A program made the translations under genes and the position numbers. 64,000 bases of DNA. Source: Candidatus Bipolaricaulota bacterium. Lineage in GTDB: Bacteria; Bipolaricaulota; Bipolaricaulia; M55B111. Shown here piece by piece: positions 19,895-29,974 of this stretch. Numbering within the stretch: the first letter of the stretch is position 1; each line of letters starts with the position of its first letter. The notes beneath the pieces were generated by a model. It was not told the origin of the DNA and did no database searches. It saw nothing but the letters and a program-made list of their open reading frames with translations. Where the stretch lies: assembly GCA_021735245.1 (NCBI GenBank), contig JAIPHJ010000008.1:10-64009 (forward strand), in the 5' to 3' direction.

Positions 19895-20196
19895 ACGTAT
19901 TTTCTCTGATACTGATCTATTTTGGTCTATTTTTGATGCTGGTGGGGTCCTTTGGTATCGCTCGGATGCCGGATATCTACTCGAGACTGCAGTCCAGCGG
20001 GGTATCGGATACGGTGGGTGTAATTGTTATGCTAGCGGGATTTCTCCTGCTGAACGGGTTCAGGTTTTCCGATTCTTTCCTTGGGTTGCTGATGTTGTTC
20101 TTCTTCGTTACCGGTCCAATTATCGGTCACTCCATTGCCAAATCGGCTTTTCTTTCGAAGGTCGAGCCCTCTCATTCCAGCGAAGAGGATGAGTGA
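19891..20196 (+). CDS. mnhG: Mrp/Mnh antiporter subunit G
   Basis: RMPDIYSRLQ..DTVG; TGPIIGHSIAK. Confidence 0.85.
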   Translation: MNVFSLILIYFGLFLMLVGSFGIARMPDIYSRLQSSGVSDTVGVIVMLAGFLLLNGFRFSDSFLGLLMLFFFVTGPIIGHSIAKSAFLSKVEPSHSSEEDE

Positions 20197-20199
20197 TCT

Positions 20200-21042
20200 A
20201 TGCTAATACTTTTCAGCCTCCTTCTGCTCGGGCTTTCCGTAGCCGTTTTACTCCAGAACAGGCTATTAAATGCGGTGATCCTGCTTGGCGTGTTTAGCCT
20301 CGTCAGTTCGGTTATCTATTTTTGGGTAGGGGCTCCGGACGTTGCCGTCACCGAGGGGGCGATTGGAGTAGCTTTCGTAACGTTTATTTACGTGCTGGCT
20401 TTAAGTGACCAGGGCAAGCTGCACGTGATTGCCGAAGAGGTCCCGCCTTTCCTGTTCCAGGAAAAAGGAGAACTGCAGGGGGCGGAGCTGGAGATACTGG
20501 AAGGGTTTGCCGAAAAAATAAACCTCGAGCTGGAGGTAGAGTTCGTGGGGCACCAGGAATTGACTTCGTTGATCGGGGGCAGGAGGGCGGACGTGATAGC
20601 TGGAGCCTATTTCCCCGGGTTCCTGGCCCAGGAGGAAATAAGCCACTCGAAGGGTTACAACCAGGGCCAGCTGGCGAAAATTCACCGGACCCCTCCGGGC
20701 GAGGGCGATATCGGAATCCTTGCGGAGACCGATCTTTCCGAATTTACCGAAATAAGCGAAGAAGATTTATCTCGATTTAGCTCTGTGGACGAGATGGTCA
20801 CGGCTTATAACGAGGGCCGGATTAGGGGATTCATTTCCGATTCCGGCCGGATGTCGGCCTCGTTGTACAGGGTAAATACTACCCTGCGGGATAAGAGTGA
20901 GATCGTTACGCTCGGTGAATTGGACTACAGTTTTGCCGTTTCTTCCGGGGAAGAAGAGCTTCTCGATCGGCTGAATGACTATTTGGCCGACCTGACTCGC
21001 TCGGGCAAAATCGGTGAACTGTTGTCGGATCACTTTCGGTGA
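20200..21042 (+). CDS. DUF4040 (MbhD-like) membrane subunit fused to a family-3 solute-binding domain
   Basis: aa 1-68: three TMs with APDVAVTEGAIG; aa 70-280: PPF..G.L.G.E.EI..FA..INLELE..ADVI ... YSFAVSSG..ELLDRLNDYL..L..SG. Confidence 0.8.
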   Translation: MLILFSLLLLGLSVAVLLQNRLLNAVILLGVFSLVSSVIYFWVGAPDVAVTEGAIGVAFVTFIYVLALSDQGKLHVIAEEVPPFLFQEKGELQGAELEILEGFAEKINLELEVEFVGHQELTSLIGGRRADVIAGAYFPGFLAQEEISHSKGYNQGQLAKIHRTPPGEGDIGILAETDLSEFTEISEEDLSRFSSVDEMVTAYNEGRIRGFISDSGRMSASLYRVNTTLRDKSEIVTLGELDYSFAVSSGEEELLDRLNDYLADLTRSGKIGELLSDHFR

Positions 21043-21743
21043 TAACAATGGGTAAGTATTCCGTGTCGTTGAAAACGTTGTACGTGATTTTTCTTGTGAT
21101 AATGTTTGGCGCCTTTACGATCGGAGCCCTGCTTATAGTAGATGATACGGGAGTTTCCCGGTTGGGTGCGATATACCTTGAGCGGAGTCAGAAGTTTCCA
21201 AATATTTCTAACGTCGTATTTGGGGTCTACGGGATGTACAGATTTTACGACACGCTGTTTGAATTATTGATATTCTCTACTGCCGTGCTGGGAATCACTG
21301 TATTTTCCGACCTGGAGCCCTCGCCGGGTTCGGCGTCGCGGAGACCGGTCGAGTCTCACGTTGTCTCAGCTTCTGCTTCGTTTCTCTACCCAATTATCGC
21401 CGTCTTTGGAATTTATCTCGCCTTTAGTGCCCATCTGGGTCCCGGAGGCGGGTTTGCCGGCGGGGTGATCAGCGGAACCGGGATACTTTTACTTGCTCTG
21501 GCGAAGGGCGCCGAGGAAACCGCTCGCAATTTCCGGGAAGATTCCATGAAGCAGCTCGAATACGTCGTACTTTTTCTGGCACTATTGGTAGCAATCCTTG
21601 GTGCCTTATATCCGACGGAAGTTTATCGGGATGCACTTGGAACCGGCGTGATCACCCTCGTAAATATATCGATAGCGATGAAGGTCTTCATCGGAACCTG
21701 GGCCATATTACACTTCTTTGTCAAACATAGAGGGGAAGTATGA
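21039..21743 (+). CDS. mnhB: Mrp/Mnh antiporter subunit B (MbhE/F-like)
   Basis: NVV..YRFYDTLFE; AHLGPGGGFAGG. Confidence 0.85.
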   Translation: MITMGKYSVSLKTLYVIFLVIMFGAFTIGALLIVDDTGVSRLGAIYLERSQKFPNISNVVFGVYGMYRFYDTLFELLIFSTAVLGITVFSDLEPSPGSASRRPVESHVVSASASFLYPIIAVFGIYLAFSAHLGPGGGFAGGVISGTGILLLALAKGAEETARNFREDSMKQLEYVVLFLALLVAILGALYPTEVYRDALGTGVITLVNISIAMKVFIGTWAILHFFVKHRGEV

Positions 21744-22108
21744 GTACCGGCGTACTGGCGTCTGCGATCTCGATAATTATCGTCTGTATTGGCGTACTTG
21801 GCCTGATACTTAAGCGAAATCTATTGTTGAAGCTTCTGAGTCTAAATATCGTAAATACGGCGACGATACTTTTCTTCGTACTGGTTGTTTACAGCCCCGG
21901 AGATAGAGCACCGATAGATCCGTCACCCGGGGTTCAATACGCCGACCCTCTACCTCAGGCTCTCGTCCTCACCTCCATAGTCATTAATTTCGGCGTCCTT
22001 GCTCTTTCACTTCTGTTTACGATGGTCCTGGTGAAGCGCTATCACACGCTTGATCTAATAAAAATAGAGGATTTCGTCAGGCGAGAATTCGAGGAGGAAA
22101 AGTCGTGA
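21740..22108 (+). CDS. mnhC: Mrp/Mnh antiporter subunit C
   Basis: ADPLPQALVLTSIVI. Confidence 0.9.
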   Translation: MSTGVLASAISIIIVCIGVLGLILKRNLLLKLLSLNIVNTATILFFVLVVYSPGDRAPIDPSPGVQYADPLPQALVLTSIVINFGVLALSLLFTMVLVKRYHTLDLIKIEDFVRREFEEEKS

Positions 22109-23631
22109 CCGCTCTACTGGTAGGGGTTGGCTCCTACGTCTCCGCGGGTATTTTAAGCCTTCTCTTTTCTCGTTACAGATTCTGGTTTAGTTTGTTAGGC
22201 TGGGCTGGAGCGCTGACCGGAGCTTCTTTTGGCGTCTCTTCCTTCCTCGGTTCGGGGCCGCTCGTGGGTACGCTGGGCAGGTGGGGAATTCTGGGGATCG
22301 AGATAGTAATAGATCAAACTACCCTCCTGTTTTCCGGCCTCGTCGTTATCCTGAATATTTTCACTCTGGTTTATCTCCGGGGGTCGAAGAAAGGGGTATT
22401 CTATTGCCTTTATAACTTCCTTCTGGCCACGACGTTTTCTATTGCTTTTTCTCACGATCTATTTAACCTCTACGTAACTATAGAGTTTATGTCCCTGGTG
22501 TCCATCCTGTTGATCGGATACGAGCGAAAAGCTTATCAAATTTATGCCGGCGCCAAATACCTGATAATTTCCTCGCTGGCAATGAGCCTTTACCTGATCG
22601 GACTGGGACTCGTTTACAGGGCTGGAGGAAGTCTGGGGATTAGCGAGCTGGCTCGGACCGTGGAAGGTGGGACTGATTTATCCATTTCCCTGGGTCTCTG
22701 TCTGATGTTGACCGGACTGGCCGTTAAAGGAGGAGTCTTTCTTTTCAGCATGTGGCTGCCCGACGCCCACTCCTACAGCGATACGGTTGTCTCCGCACTC
22801 CTTTCCGGAATGGCGATTAAGTCCGGCCTGATTGGAATCATCAGGGTCTCAGAAATGCTTGACTGGAGCCAGTTGTTGCTGGTGCTTGGGGCTCTGACCG
22901 GTATAGCAGGGGCAATATTTGCACTCGTAAGTCGCAAACCGAAAAAAATACTGGCCCATTCGACGATATCTCAGGTGGGTTATATCCTTATCGGAATTGG
23001 TACCGGAACTCCAGCAGGGGTTCTGGCCGCCTCGCTTCACTTATTTTTCCATGGACTGTTCAAGGCTTTGCTCTTTTTATCCGTAGGAGCAGCGGGGGTT
23101 GGAGCGGACGATATCGATCGAGCCAGGAACCTTTCGGTTCCCCTGACAAGCAAGGTAGGGTTGGTTGTCGGTTCGGTCTCGATAATGGCAATCCCCCCTT
23201 TCAACAAATACTTTAGCAAGACCATGCTCGTCGAGCAGGTAAACCAGGAGTGGGCCTGGTTTGCGATGCTGGCCATCGGACTCGGAACGGCCCTGTATAC
23301 CTTGAGACTTGACTGGGCTTTAATTTTTGAGGCTCGGACTGATTGGGCTGGTAAAAATGACTTTGTAGTAGTAGTTTTTGCCCTGGCTGTTGTTTTATCC
23401 AGCCTTCTGGCCTGGGTTATTTTAGGCAGCCCGGAGATGGTACAATTGCTGAGCTTGCACCACCTGGCTACATACCTTGTCATACCTGTTGTCGGCGGAT
23501 TTGCGCTGCTACTTTTCAAGAAGAAGTTGAGCGAGATCTCCCCCCCTGACTTTCCCTTTAGCCTGGAGAACTCCCTCGTTTCCTTGTTTACGGGCTTTCT
23601 GCTTATAGAGCTGGTATTGTTTGTACTTTAA
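22105..23631 (+). CDS. mnhD: Mrp/Mnh antiporter subunit D (proton-conducting, MbhH-like)
   Basis: DLFNLYVTIE, AVKGG, WLPDAH, STISQVGY, HGLFKALLF, PPFNKYFSK. Confidence 0.9.
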   Translation: MTALLVGVGSYVSAGILSLLFSRYRFWFSLLGWAGALTGASFGVSSFLGSGPLVGTLGRWGILGIEIVIDQTTLLFSGLVVILNIFTLVYLRGSKKGVFYCLYNFLLATTFSIAFSHDLFNLYVTIEFMSLVSILLIGYERKAYQIYAGAKYLIISSLAMSLYLIGLGLVYRAGGSLGISELARTVEGGTDLSISLGLCLMLTGLAVKGGVFLFSMWLPDAHSYSDTVVSALLSGMAIKSGLIGIIRVSEMLDWSQLLLVLGALTGIAGAIFALVSRKPKKILAHSTISQVGYILIGIGTGTPAGVLAASLHLFFHGLFKALLFLSVGAAGVGADDIDRARNLSVPLTSKVGLVVGSVSIMAIPPFNKYFSKTMLVEQVNQEWAWFAMLAIGLGTALYTLRLDWALIFEARTDWAGKNDFVVVVFALAVVLSSLLAWVILGSPEMVQLLSLHHLATYLVIPVVGGFALLLFKKKLSEISPPDFPFSLENSLVSLFTGFLLIELVLFVL

Positions 23632-23932
23632 CCCGTCTTTCTCCCAACTCCTGGAGGGTGGAAACTCCAGCTGCTCAAGTCCATAGATTGATCAGGCCGG
23701 GTCCCCGTACCCGGCCGATAATTCCGATAAAGACACTCCGCGCGGGCAATGGGAACCCGCGCTGCTTTTCTTTTTAGAAGTCCCTTATCCCGTAGGTGAT
23801 CAACTGGGCCATTTTCATATCTGTAGCAGCCGGAGCTCACACGGCCCGGCGTTTCGTTGAGGCGACCTCTCGGTCCGGCAGTGGGAGAAGGGCCTGCTCC
23901 AGAAGTTTAAAATTGAATCGAGGATTGATCCC

Positions 23933-24574
23933 TCAAAAGTCGTGCTGGTAGGCCAGGGTAGCGGTCAGTAAAACCGTCAGTCCGATAAACACCCAGGCGT
24001 CGACGTACCAGAAAAATATTACGATCCCGTATAGAAAGCCCCGCCTTCCCAACATGTAGCGTTGACTCCCCTTCTTGAATAATTTTTCCAGATAGGCCGG
24101 GGCTGAATTCCCTTCGATTTTTTCCAATTTTTCCGGGTCACTCCGGACCAGCACCGTGAGGTTGTTTATATGCCTCAAGGCAAGTAGAAGGTTAAGGAAC
24201 GAGAAAGCCAGGGTGAAAAAGACGAGCCATACCGGGTAGTTTACTGACTCAATAAGGGAGGGACCCTCAGTTACCGGTCCCCCCGTCAAACCATAAGTCA
24301 GAAGGAATCCAACCAACAGGATACTGGCAGAAGCTAGAAAGGTAATGCTCATGATCATATTTCTCAGCTGGTGCACCAGCAGGAGGTGTTGACCTTCCTC
24401 CGTAGACTTTTTCAACCAGGAGGCGTAACAATCGTTAATCCGGCCTTTCTTTGTCAAGCTCGGCTTTTTCTCTGTGAAGTACAGGTAAGTCCAGTGGTAA
24501 AGGGGGAAACAGAAGCCAAAGACGAGAAAAGCCAGTATGGTTTTTAATTCCATGTTGACCCCTTTGATTGGCAT
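23933..24574 (-). CDS. DUF599-like membrane protein; start probably the second Met
   Basis: QLRNMIMSITFLAS and GRRGFLY match the DUF599 pattern. Confidence 0.65.
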   Translation of the reverse strand: MPIKGVNMELKTILAFLVFGFCFPLYHWTYLYFTEKKPSLTKKGRINDCYASWLKKSTEEGQHLLLVHQLRNMIMSITFLASASILLVGFLLTYGLTGGPVTEGPSLIESVNYPVWLVFFTLAFSFLNLLLALRHINNLTVLVRSDPEKLEKIEGNSAPAYLEKLFKKGSQRYMLGRRGFLYGIVIFFWYVDAWVFIGLTVLLTATLAYQHDF

Positions 24575-24781
24575 ACGGTGGTCTAATTCAGGATATTAGC
24601 AGCGGGGCGAAATTACAAGACGAGAGTTACTACACCTTCTAAGCCTGAACGTGTTGAAAGTTTACCAAAATCGCCGGAGATTAAGCAGTTGACAACAAAA
24701 TGTTCTTAGTGTTCTTCTGCCTTCAGCCTCCGGCTGCAAGTCGTGGTGGGGGTTTTAGGGCTACGTAGCCTTCCCAATTTA

Positions 24782-26458
24782 TTAGAGCAAGCTCTGAAGC
24801 GGCTGGGGCCTTCCTATATGGTAGCCCTGGGCGTGGTCGGTCCCGTAATTTTTCACCATTTGAAGTGTCTCTTCGTCTTCGACGAACTCGGCTATTGTCT
24901 CCTTTTTTAGCCGGTGGGCAACCTCGACTATCGACTGGACCAGATCCTGATTCATAGAGTCCCGGGGGAGGTTCTGGATGAAGCTGCCGTCGATCTTCAG
25001 GTAGTCCACCGATAGCTGCTTGAGATAGTTGAACGAGGAAAACCCCATACCGAAATCGTCGAGAGCGAATTTACTTCCTCTTGACTTCAGAGTCGAAATG
25101 AAGTCGTTTGCAGACCCGATGTTGCTCAGGGCGGCAGTTTCCGTAACTTCGAACAGGACTCTTTCGAAGTTTCCTCCTTCCAGCGTCCGGTTGGACTTCA
25201 ACCAGTTTAGAAGTTCGTTGTCCGTCAGGGACTGACCGGATAAATTAATTGCAAATTGATGGTTAAGGCTTTCGCTCGCTGTTCCGGTCAAATTGTCCAG
25301 TGTTTCATTCACCACCCATTTATCGATATCCCTGCTCAGACCGAACTTTTCCGCCACCGGGAGAAACTTCCCCGGCGATATTAGCTCGCCTCCCCCTTCC
25401 AGCATCCTAATTAGTACCTCGTAATGGGATATATTATCAGATCCCAGTTCCAGTATAGGCTGTGCGTAGAGCACAAAGTTGTTTTTCTTTATCGCGCTAT
25501 CGATCCGGTTGACCCAGCCGATCCTCGATTTAACTTCTTCCTGGCTGTCGTGCTCCGAATCGTAAACTTTGAATTGATTTCTGCCAGATTCCTTTGCCTG
25601 GGCGAGAGCGATGTCCGCCTTTGCCAGTAGCTCATCGGTACTTGTGCCTTGATCTGGAAATAGGGAATACCCCATGCTAATAGTAGACTGGATTTTTGTG
25701 CCATTAGTCTTGAATCCTCGTTCCCGAACTTCTCGAATGATTTCCCTGGCTAGTTTTTCGGCATCTTTCCTAGTCTTTTCGGGAGATAGGACTATAAATT
25801 CGTCCCCGCCGAATCGGGCCAGGTTATCGGACTCGGATAGCTTGTTCTTCAATAGACCTGCCATTGAAACCAGTAGATCGTCGGCCGCTCCAAACCCGAA
25901 GCTGTTGTTGACTTCCCTTAATCGGTCTATATCAACTAATAAGACTGCCCCTGACGTCCCTTCACCGTTCTGGCTCAGATAGTTTTCGAGATCGTCACGA
26001 AATTTGTAGTGATTGGGTAGCCCTGTAAGTCTGTCGTGGTGTCGCTGGTGGTTAAGCTCTTTTTTTAACCTGATTGTGTCTGATTTATCCTTGAGTGATA
26101 CTATGGCTCCAATTACTTCCCCTTCTTCATCTCTGAGAGGGTTGGTCGTGCAGTTCACCGGGATTCTAACCCCGTCTTTTTTCCAGAATACATCTTCAAT
26201 GCTTATATTTTTTTTGTAGCTTATGGACCGTGATACGGGAGAAACTTCCCATTGATCTTTTCCGTCCCCGGTTGAGTAGATGAGGTTAGAGTGAAGATAA
26301 TCCCCCAACAAATCTTCCCCCTCTTTGATGATATTTCCTTCGGCCGACGAGTTTGCGAATACGATTTTGCCGTCTTCATTGACTACTAGAACGTTCTGAT
26401 CGGTTTTGTTTAGTAAAGCAGGGGTGGTAGCATTGATATTTTCGAATATTTCCTCCAA
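24782..26458 (-). CDS. PAS-GGDEF-EAL c-di-GMP cyclase/phosphodiesterase
   Basis: PAS/PAC; HDRLTGLPN; RFGGDEF; QPI..EVLIR; FEVTET; ALDDFG; KIDGSF; AEFVE; QGY. Confidence 0.92.
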   Translation of the reverse strand: MEEIFENINATTPALLNKTDQNVLVVNEDGKIVFANSSAEGNIIKEGEDLLGDYLHSNLIYSTGDGKDQWEVSPVSRSISYKKNISIEDVFWKKDGVRIPVNCTTNPLRDEEGEVIGAIVSLKDKSDTIRLKKELNHQRHHDRLTGLPNHYKFRDDLENYLSQNGEGTSGAVLLVDIDRLREVNNSFGFGAADDLLVSMAGLLKNKLSESDNLARFGGDEFIVLSPEKTRKDAEKLAREIIREVRERGFKTNGTKIQSTISMGYSLFPDQGTSTDELLAKADIALAQAKESGRNQFKVYDSEHDSQEEVKSRIGWVNRIDSAIKKNNFVLYAQPILELGSDNISHYEVLIRMLEGGGELISPGKFLPVAEKFGLSRDIDKWVVNETLDNLTGTASESLNHQFAINLSGQSLTDNELLNWLKSNRTLEGGNFERVLFEVTETAALSNIGSANDFISTLKSRGSKFALDDFGMGFSSFNYLKQLSVDYLKIDGSFIQNLPRDSMNQDLVQSIVEVAHRLKKETIAEFVEDEETLQMVKNYGTDHAQGYHIGRPQPLQSLL

Positions 26459-26518
26459 CTTAAACCTCCTATTTCTCGGCAGTTCCAGCTTTAAATAGTT
26501 AGAACGTGTTTCAGCTGA

Positions 26519-26655
26519 GTCTACAACCCCTACCCCAAGGGACGGGGTTGTAGAAGATCCCCCTTAAGTAGTTTTTTTCGGTCTTTTACAAACCAAAAAC
26601 CAGCCGATTTCTCCCCGGGAGGTGCCCCGGGCCTTCCTCGGCAGGTTTTGGTGAA
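26519..26655 (+). mobile_element. Complete miniature element (type A end plus type B end, about 135 bp, no ORF)
   Basis: CTACAACCCC..GGGGTTGTAG hairpin; spacer homologous to the copy ending at 40212; then ACCAGCCGATTTCTCCCC..CTCGGCAGGTTTTGGTGAA. Confidence 0.7.
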
Positions 26656-26979
26656 TAAAACAATGTAAGTATAAGTAGAGAGGCGCATTCAAAAGTGATT
26701 TATGTCCCGAACTCCCTAGAAAATAGTTCGAATTTATTTAGGATATAAAGTAGTTAATTCTATTCGATAATAATGTTGCTCGCCGGCGGAAGCCGATGAA
26801 ACTTAATTCGGAACAGACTATGAAACCGGGAATAACAGTGGTAAAGGGTGAATTTAGGAGAAGAAAGCAGGTAAAGCGCTGCAGGGTATTGAAGAACTAA
26901 TAATCGGCCTTCACTGGCAATTTCGCATTCATCCGCTAAAATATTTTTTGATTTGAATACCTTAACGGGAGTGATACGG

Positions 26980-27864
26980 GTGAAGTCGGAAATTACCAGG
27001 TTAATTGGTTCCCCGTTCTGGATTCTCATCAAGTCCGGCGTGATAGTAGTTGCCACGTACCTGGGGGCAAAACTTACCAAATATCTACTTGACCGTTGGT
27101 CTCAGCGCCGACTGAACCAGTTGAAGGACAAGCAGAAGACGACCGCTGTAACCACCCAGATGGAAGTCTTCCGGAGGGTGGGAGGGTTATTTATCTGGTT
27201 TATAGGGATAATAATCCTGGTATCTCAGTTCCCGGTGGTCCGGAGCCTGGGAGTCGGTTTGTTTGCATCTGCCGGAGTCGTAGGACTGGTAATTGGTCTG
27301 GCTGCTCAGAATACTCTGTCCAACATGATTGCCGGGATAGTTCTTTCCTTCTCTCAGCCACTTCGACTGGGAGATGCGGTGATAATGGATGACGATTTCG
27401 GCTACGTCGAGGAAATAACTCTGATGCAGACCTTCATCCGCACCTGGGATAACCGGCGGATCATCGTCCCCAACGACGTCCTGAGTAACAGAATTGTCCA
27501 GAATTGGTCGATCAAGGATCCGAAACTGCTTGCTGCTACGATAATCTACCTCGATTACGGTGCGGATATAGAAAAAATTCGGGAATGGATTAAGGAAGCT
27601 GTAACGGAGAGCGAATACTGGAACGGGGAAGGCGAACCCGGTGTTCAGGTCATGGACTTTACCGAGAAAACCATCAAAGTCCGGGCGCTGGCCTGGGCCG
27701 ACGATCCACCTTCGGCCTGGAACCTCCGCTGCGAGATCAGGGAGAAGTTAATAGAGCACTTCCGGGAGGAGGGGCTGGAATTTCCCAAATTTCGGGTCGA
27801 AATGGAACGGCCGGAGTTCGAGACCTTTGAAGAGAACGTGGAATCGGGTATCGATTCCTCATGA
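26980..27864 (+). CDS. Small-conductance mechanosensitive channel (MscS family)
   Basis: GLAAQNTLSNMIAG..QPLRLGD; TWDNRRIIVPN; GTG start chosen after GGAGTG. Confidence 0.9.
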   Translation: MKSEITRLIGSPFWILIKSGVIVVATYLGAKLTKYLLDRWSQRRLNQLKDKQKTTAVTTQMEVFRRVGGLFIWFIGIIILVSQFPVVRSLGVGLFASAGVVGLVIGLAAQNTLSNMIAGIVLSFSQPLRLGDAVIMDDDFGYVEEITLMQTFIRTWDNRRIIVPNDVLSNRIVQNWSIKDPKLLAATIIYLDYGADIEKIREWIKEAVTESEYWNGEGEPGVQVMDFTEKTIKVRALAWADDPPSAWNLRCEIREKLIEHFREEGLEFPKFRVEMERPEFETFEENVESGIDSS

Positions 27865-27984
27865 GTTGTTCTTGAATGGATGAATATTATTAGGTGTGGA
27901 AGTCTAAAGACTTCCTCTACTTCAAGAGGGAATAACAGCGCATCTGGTGTTTGTGGCGGAACTCATTAGAGTTCCACATCATTG

Positions 27985-28965
27985 CTAAAACCAGTCCTTC
28001 TTCTTGAAGTAATAAACCATTCCCAGAGCCATAGAGCCCATGACTCCCAGCGCTCCGTAGTAACCCCAATCCCAGCTTAACTCAGGCATTATCTCGAAGT
28101 TCATCCCATAAATCCCTGCGATGAAGGTAAGAGGGATGAATATGGTGGCTACTATCGTCAGCGTCTTCATTATTTCGTTCATCCGATTGGATATGGATGT
28201 CATGTACATGTCCCTCGCCATGCTAATTAAATCCCGGTAGTTGGTCAGCAGGTCGAAAATTCTGATCATGTTGTCCTGGATGTCCCGGAAATACACCTTC
28301 CTTTCGTCGGCGATGAACTGGGTATCAGTCCTGGCCAGTTTTGCCGCCATCTCCCTCTGGGGTCCGGCAGTTTTTTGTATTTCAATTAAGTCTGAACGGA
28401 GGTTGGAAATTTTTGTCAGCAGTTCCTCGTCGGGTTCCGTAAGAACCTCGTCCTCAACCTGGCCAATTTCGTCTTCCAGTTTATCCAGGACGGGATAATA
28501 ATTGTCCGAAATTCCGTCCAAAAGGTAGTAACACAGGTAATCTACCCCTCTGCCGAAGTATCTTTCGGGGTTCTGGGTAATTTGCTCCTCTAATTGTCCT
28601 ATTACGGGGAGATTTCGCCGGTGAAAGCTCAGCAAAAAATTGGGCCCGAGTACCAGAGAGAGCTGGAACGTCTGCATTTCTCCTATTTCCCAGTCCTGAG
28701 CGGGGATTCTGGCCAAAATGTAGAGGTAGTCCTGAAACGAATCCACTGTTGGTCTGCTTTCAGTCGTCAGAACGTCCTCTACAGTAAGAGGGTGGAGATC
28801 CAGCTCCTCTCCGACTCGTTTGGTCTCGGATTCGAAAACCTCAGCACCGACGTCCAGCCAGAATAAAACCCCTCTTTGGTTAGCCTGCCCCTGAAAGTTC
28901 TCAAGGGCGTCTTCAACCTGGATTCCGGGCTCTGGCTCGTTGGGATAGAAAAGATAACCTTTCAT
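27985..28965 (-). CDS. corA: Magnesium/cobalt transporter
   Basis: HPLTVED; MKTLT..PLTFIAGIYGMNF..MPEL. Confidence 0.92.
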   Translation of the reverse strand: MKGYLFYPNEPEPGIQVEDALENFQGQANQRGVLFWLDVGAEVFESETKRVGEELDLHPLTVEDVLTTESRPTVDSFQDYLYILARIPAQDWEIGEMQTFQLSLVLGPNFLLSFHRRNLPVIGQLEEQITQNPERYFGRGVDYLCYYLLDGISDNYYPVLDKLEDEIGQVEDEVLTEPDEELLTKISNLRSDLIEIQKTAGPQREMAAKLARTDTQFIADERKVYFRDIQDNMIRIFDLLTNYRDLISMARDMYMTSISNRMNEIMKTLTIVATIFIPLTFIAGIYGMNFEIMPELSWDWGYYGALGVMGSMALGMVYYFKKKDWF

Positions 28966-29852
28966 TCTTCTTTAGTAATCTCGGTAAATTGACCGTCTCC
29001 TTGCGGATAGACGTAGACGTCTCGCTGGGGAAATGGAATCCCAATTCCGGCCTCGTTTAGTTTTTTATCGATCTTTCTCCTTACGTTATCCCTGACGGCT
29101 ATCCTGTCCTTCGGGGTGGAAATCCAGACTCTGAGTTCGAAGTTAAGTGCCGAATCGGCGTGTTCCTTGAAGAAGACCTGTGGTTCGGGTGTATCGAGAA
29201 TTTTTTCCTCTTCGTCCGCTATCTCCAACAGTATATCTTCGACCTTCTCGATGTCCGTTCCGTAGTCTACACCGATAGGGATGCGGAGCCGGAGCGTCGT
29301 ATCGCCGGCATAGGACCAATTTGTAACCTGTTTACTTACAAGGTCAGAATTCGGAACTATAATCGATTCGTTGTCGAAAGTGTTAACCACTGCAACTCTG
29401 AACCTAATTTCCTCGACCTTTCCGATTATTCCTTCGACTTCCACTATATCGCCGACCTGAATCGGCCTTTCAAGAAGCAGAATGAGGCCGGAAGCAAAGT
29501 TGGAAAATATGTTCTGCAGGCCGAACCCTATACCTACACCGAACAGACCACCGAATACAGCCAGGATTGACAGATCGAACCCGATCATCTGTAGTCCGAT
29601 AAGGAATCCTACGGTGACCGTTACGTACCTGACCAGGCGAGATAGGGTATACTGGGCGCCCTTCTCTATTTCTGTCTTGGAATATACGTTACGCTTGAGA
29701 AACCTGGTTAACAGGCGGGCGAGGACTACGGAGAGGATGATAACGACTATGAAGTACAGGAAAGACATTACTGAAATACCCTGGCCGCTGACCGTGAAGA
29801 TGGGTTTCTGCAGGAGGTCCCACACGGAAGCAAAAGCCGCAGAGGAGTTCAT
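28962..29852 (-). CDS. MscS/MscK-type mechanosensitive channel
   Basis: GIGFGLQNIFSNFASGLILLLERPIQVGD; IPFPQRDV; start taken at the ATG after AGGGGTGA. Confidence 0.9.
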   Translation of the reverse strand: MNSSAAFASVWDLLQKPIFTVSGQGISVMSFLYFIVVIILSVVLARLLTRFLKRNVYSKTEIEKGAQYTLSRLVRYVTVTVGFLIGLQMIGFDLSILAVFGGLFGVGIGFGLQNIFSNFASGLILLLERPIQVGDIVEVEGIIGKVEEIRFRVAVVNTFDNESIIVPNSDLVSKQVTNWSYAGDTTLRLRIPIGVDYGTDIEKVEDILLEIADEEEKILDTPEPQVFFKEHADSALNFELRVWISTPKDRIAVRDNVRRKIDKKLNEAGIGIPFPQRDVYVYPQGDGQFTEITKEE

Positions 29853-29974
29853 GTATTCACCCCTTCTTGTATTTCTCAACTATGTCGAACGGGAAAATCC
29901 GAAGTAGAGAAATCATCTTATTTGCAAACTTCCTCCCTGATTTGGTTAAAACTTGTTTAGGACCAATCAAAAGG

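Noticed and set aside
23628-23840. 70-aa ORF and GC-rich hairpins after mnhD
   Set aside because: No similarity to hydrogenase or Mrp subunits is visible; probably spurious or terminator sequence
24721-24760. Weak resemblance to the type B hairpin element
   Set aside because: Too degenerate (outer GCCGA/TCGGC stem absent) to call
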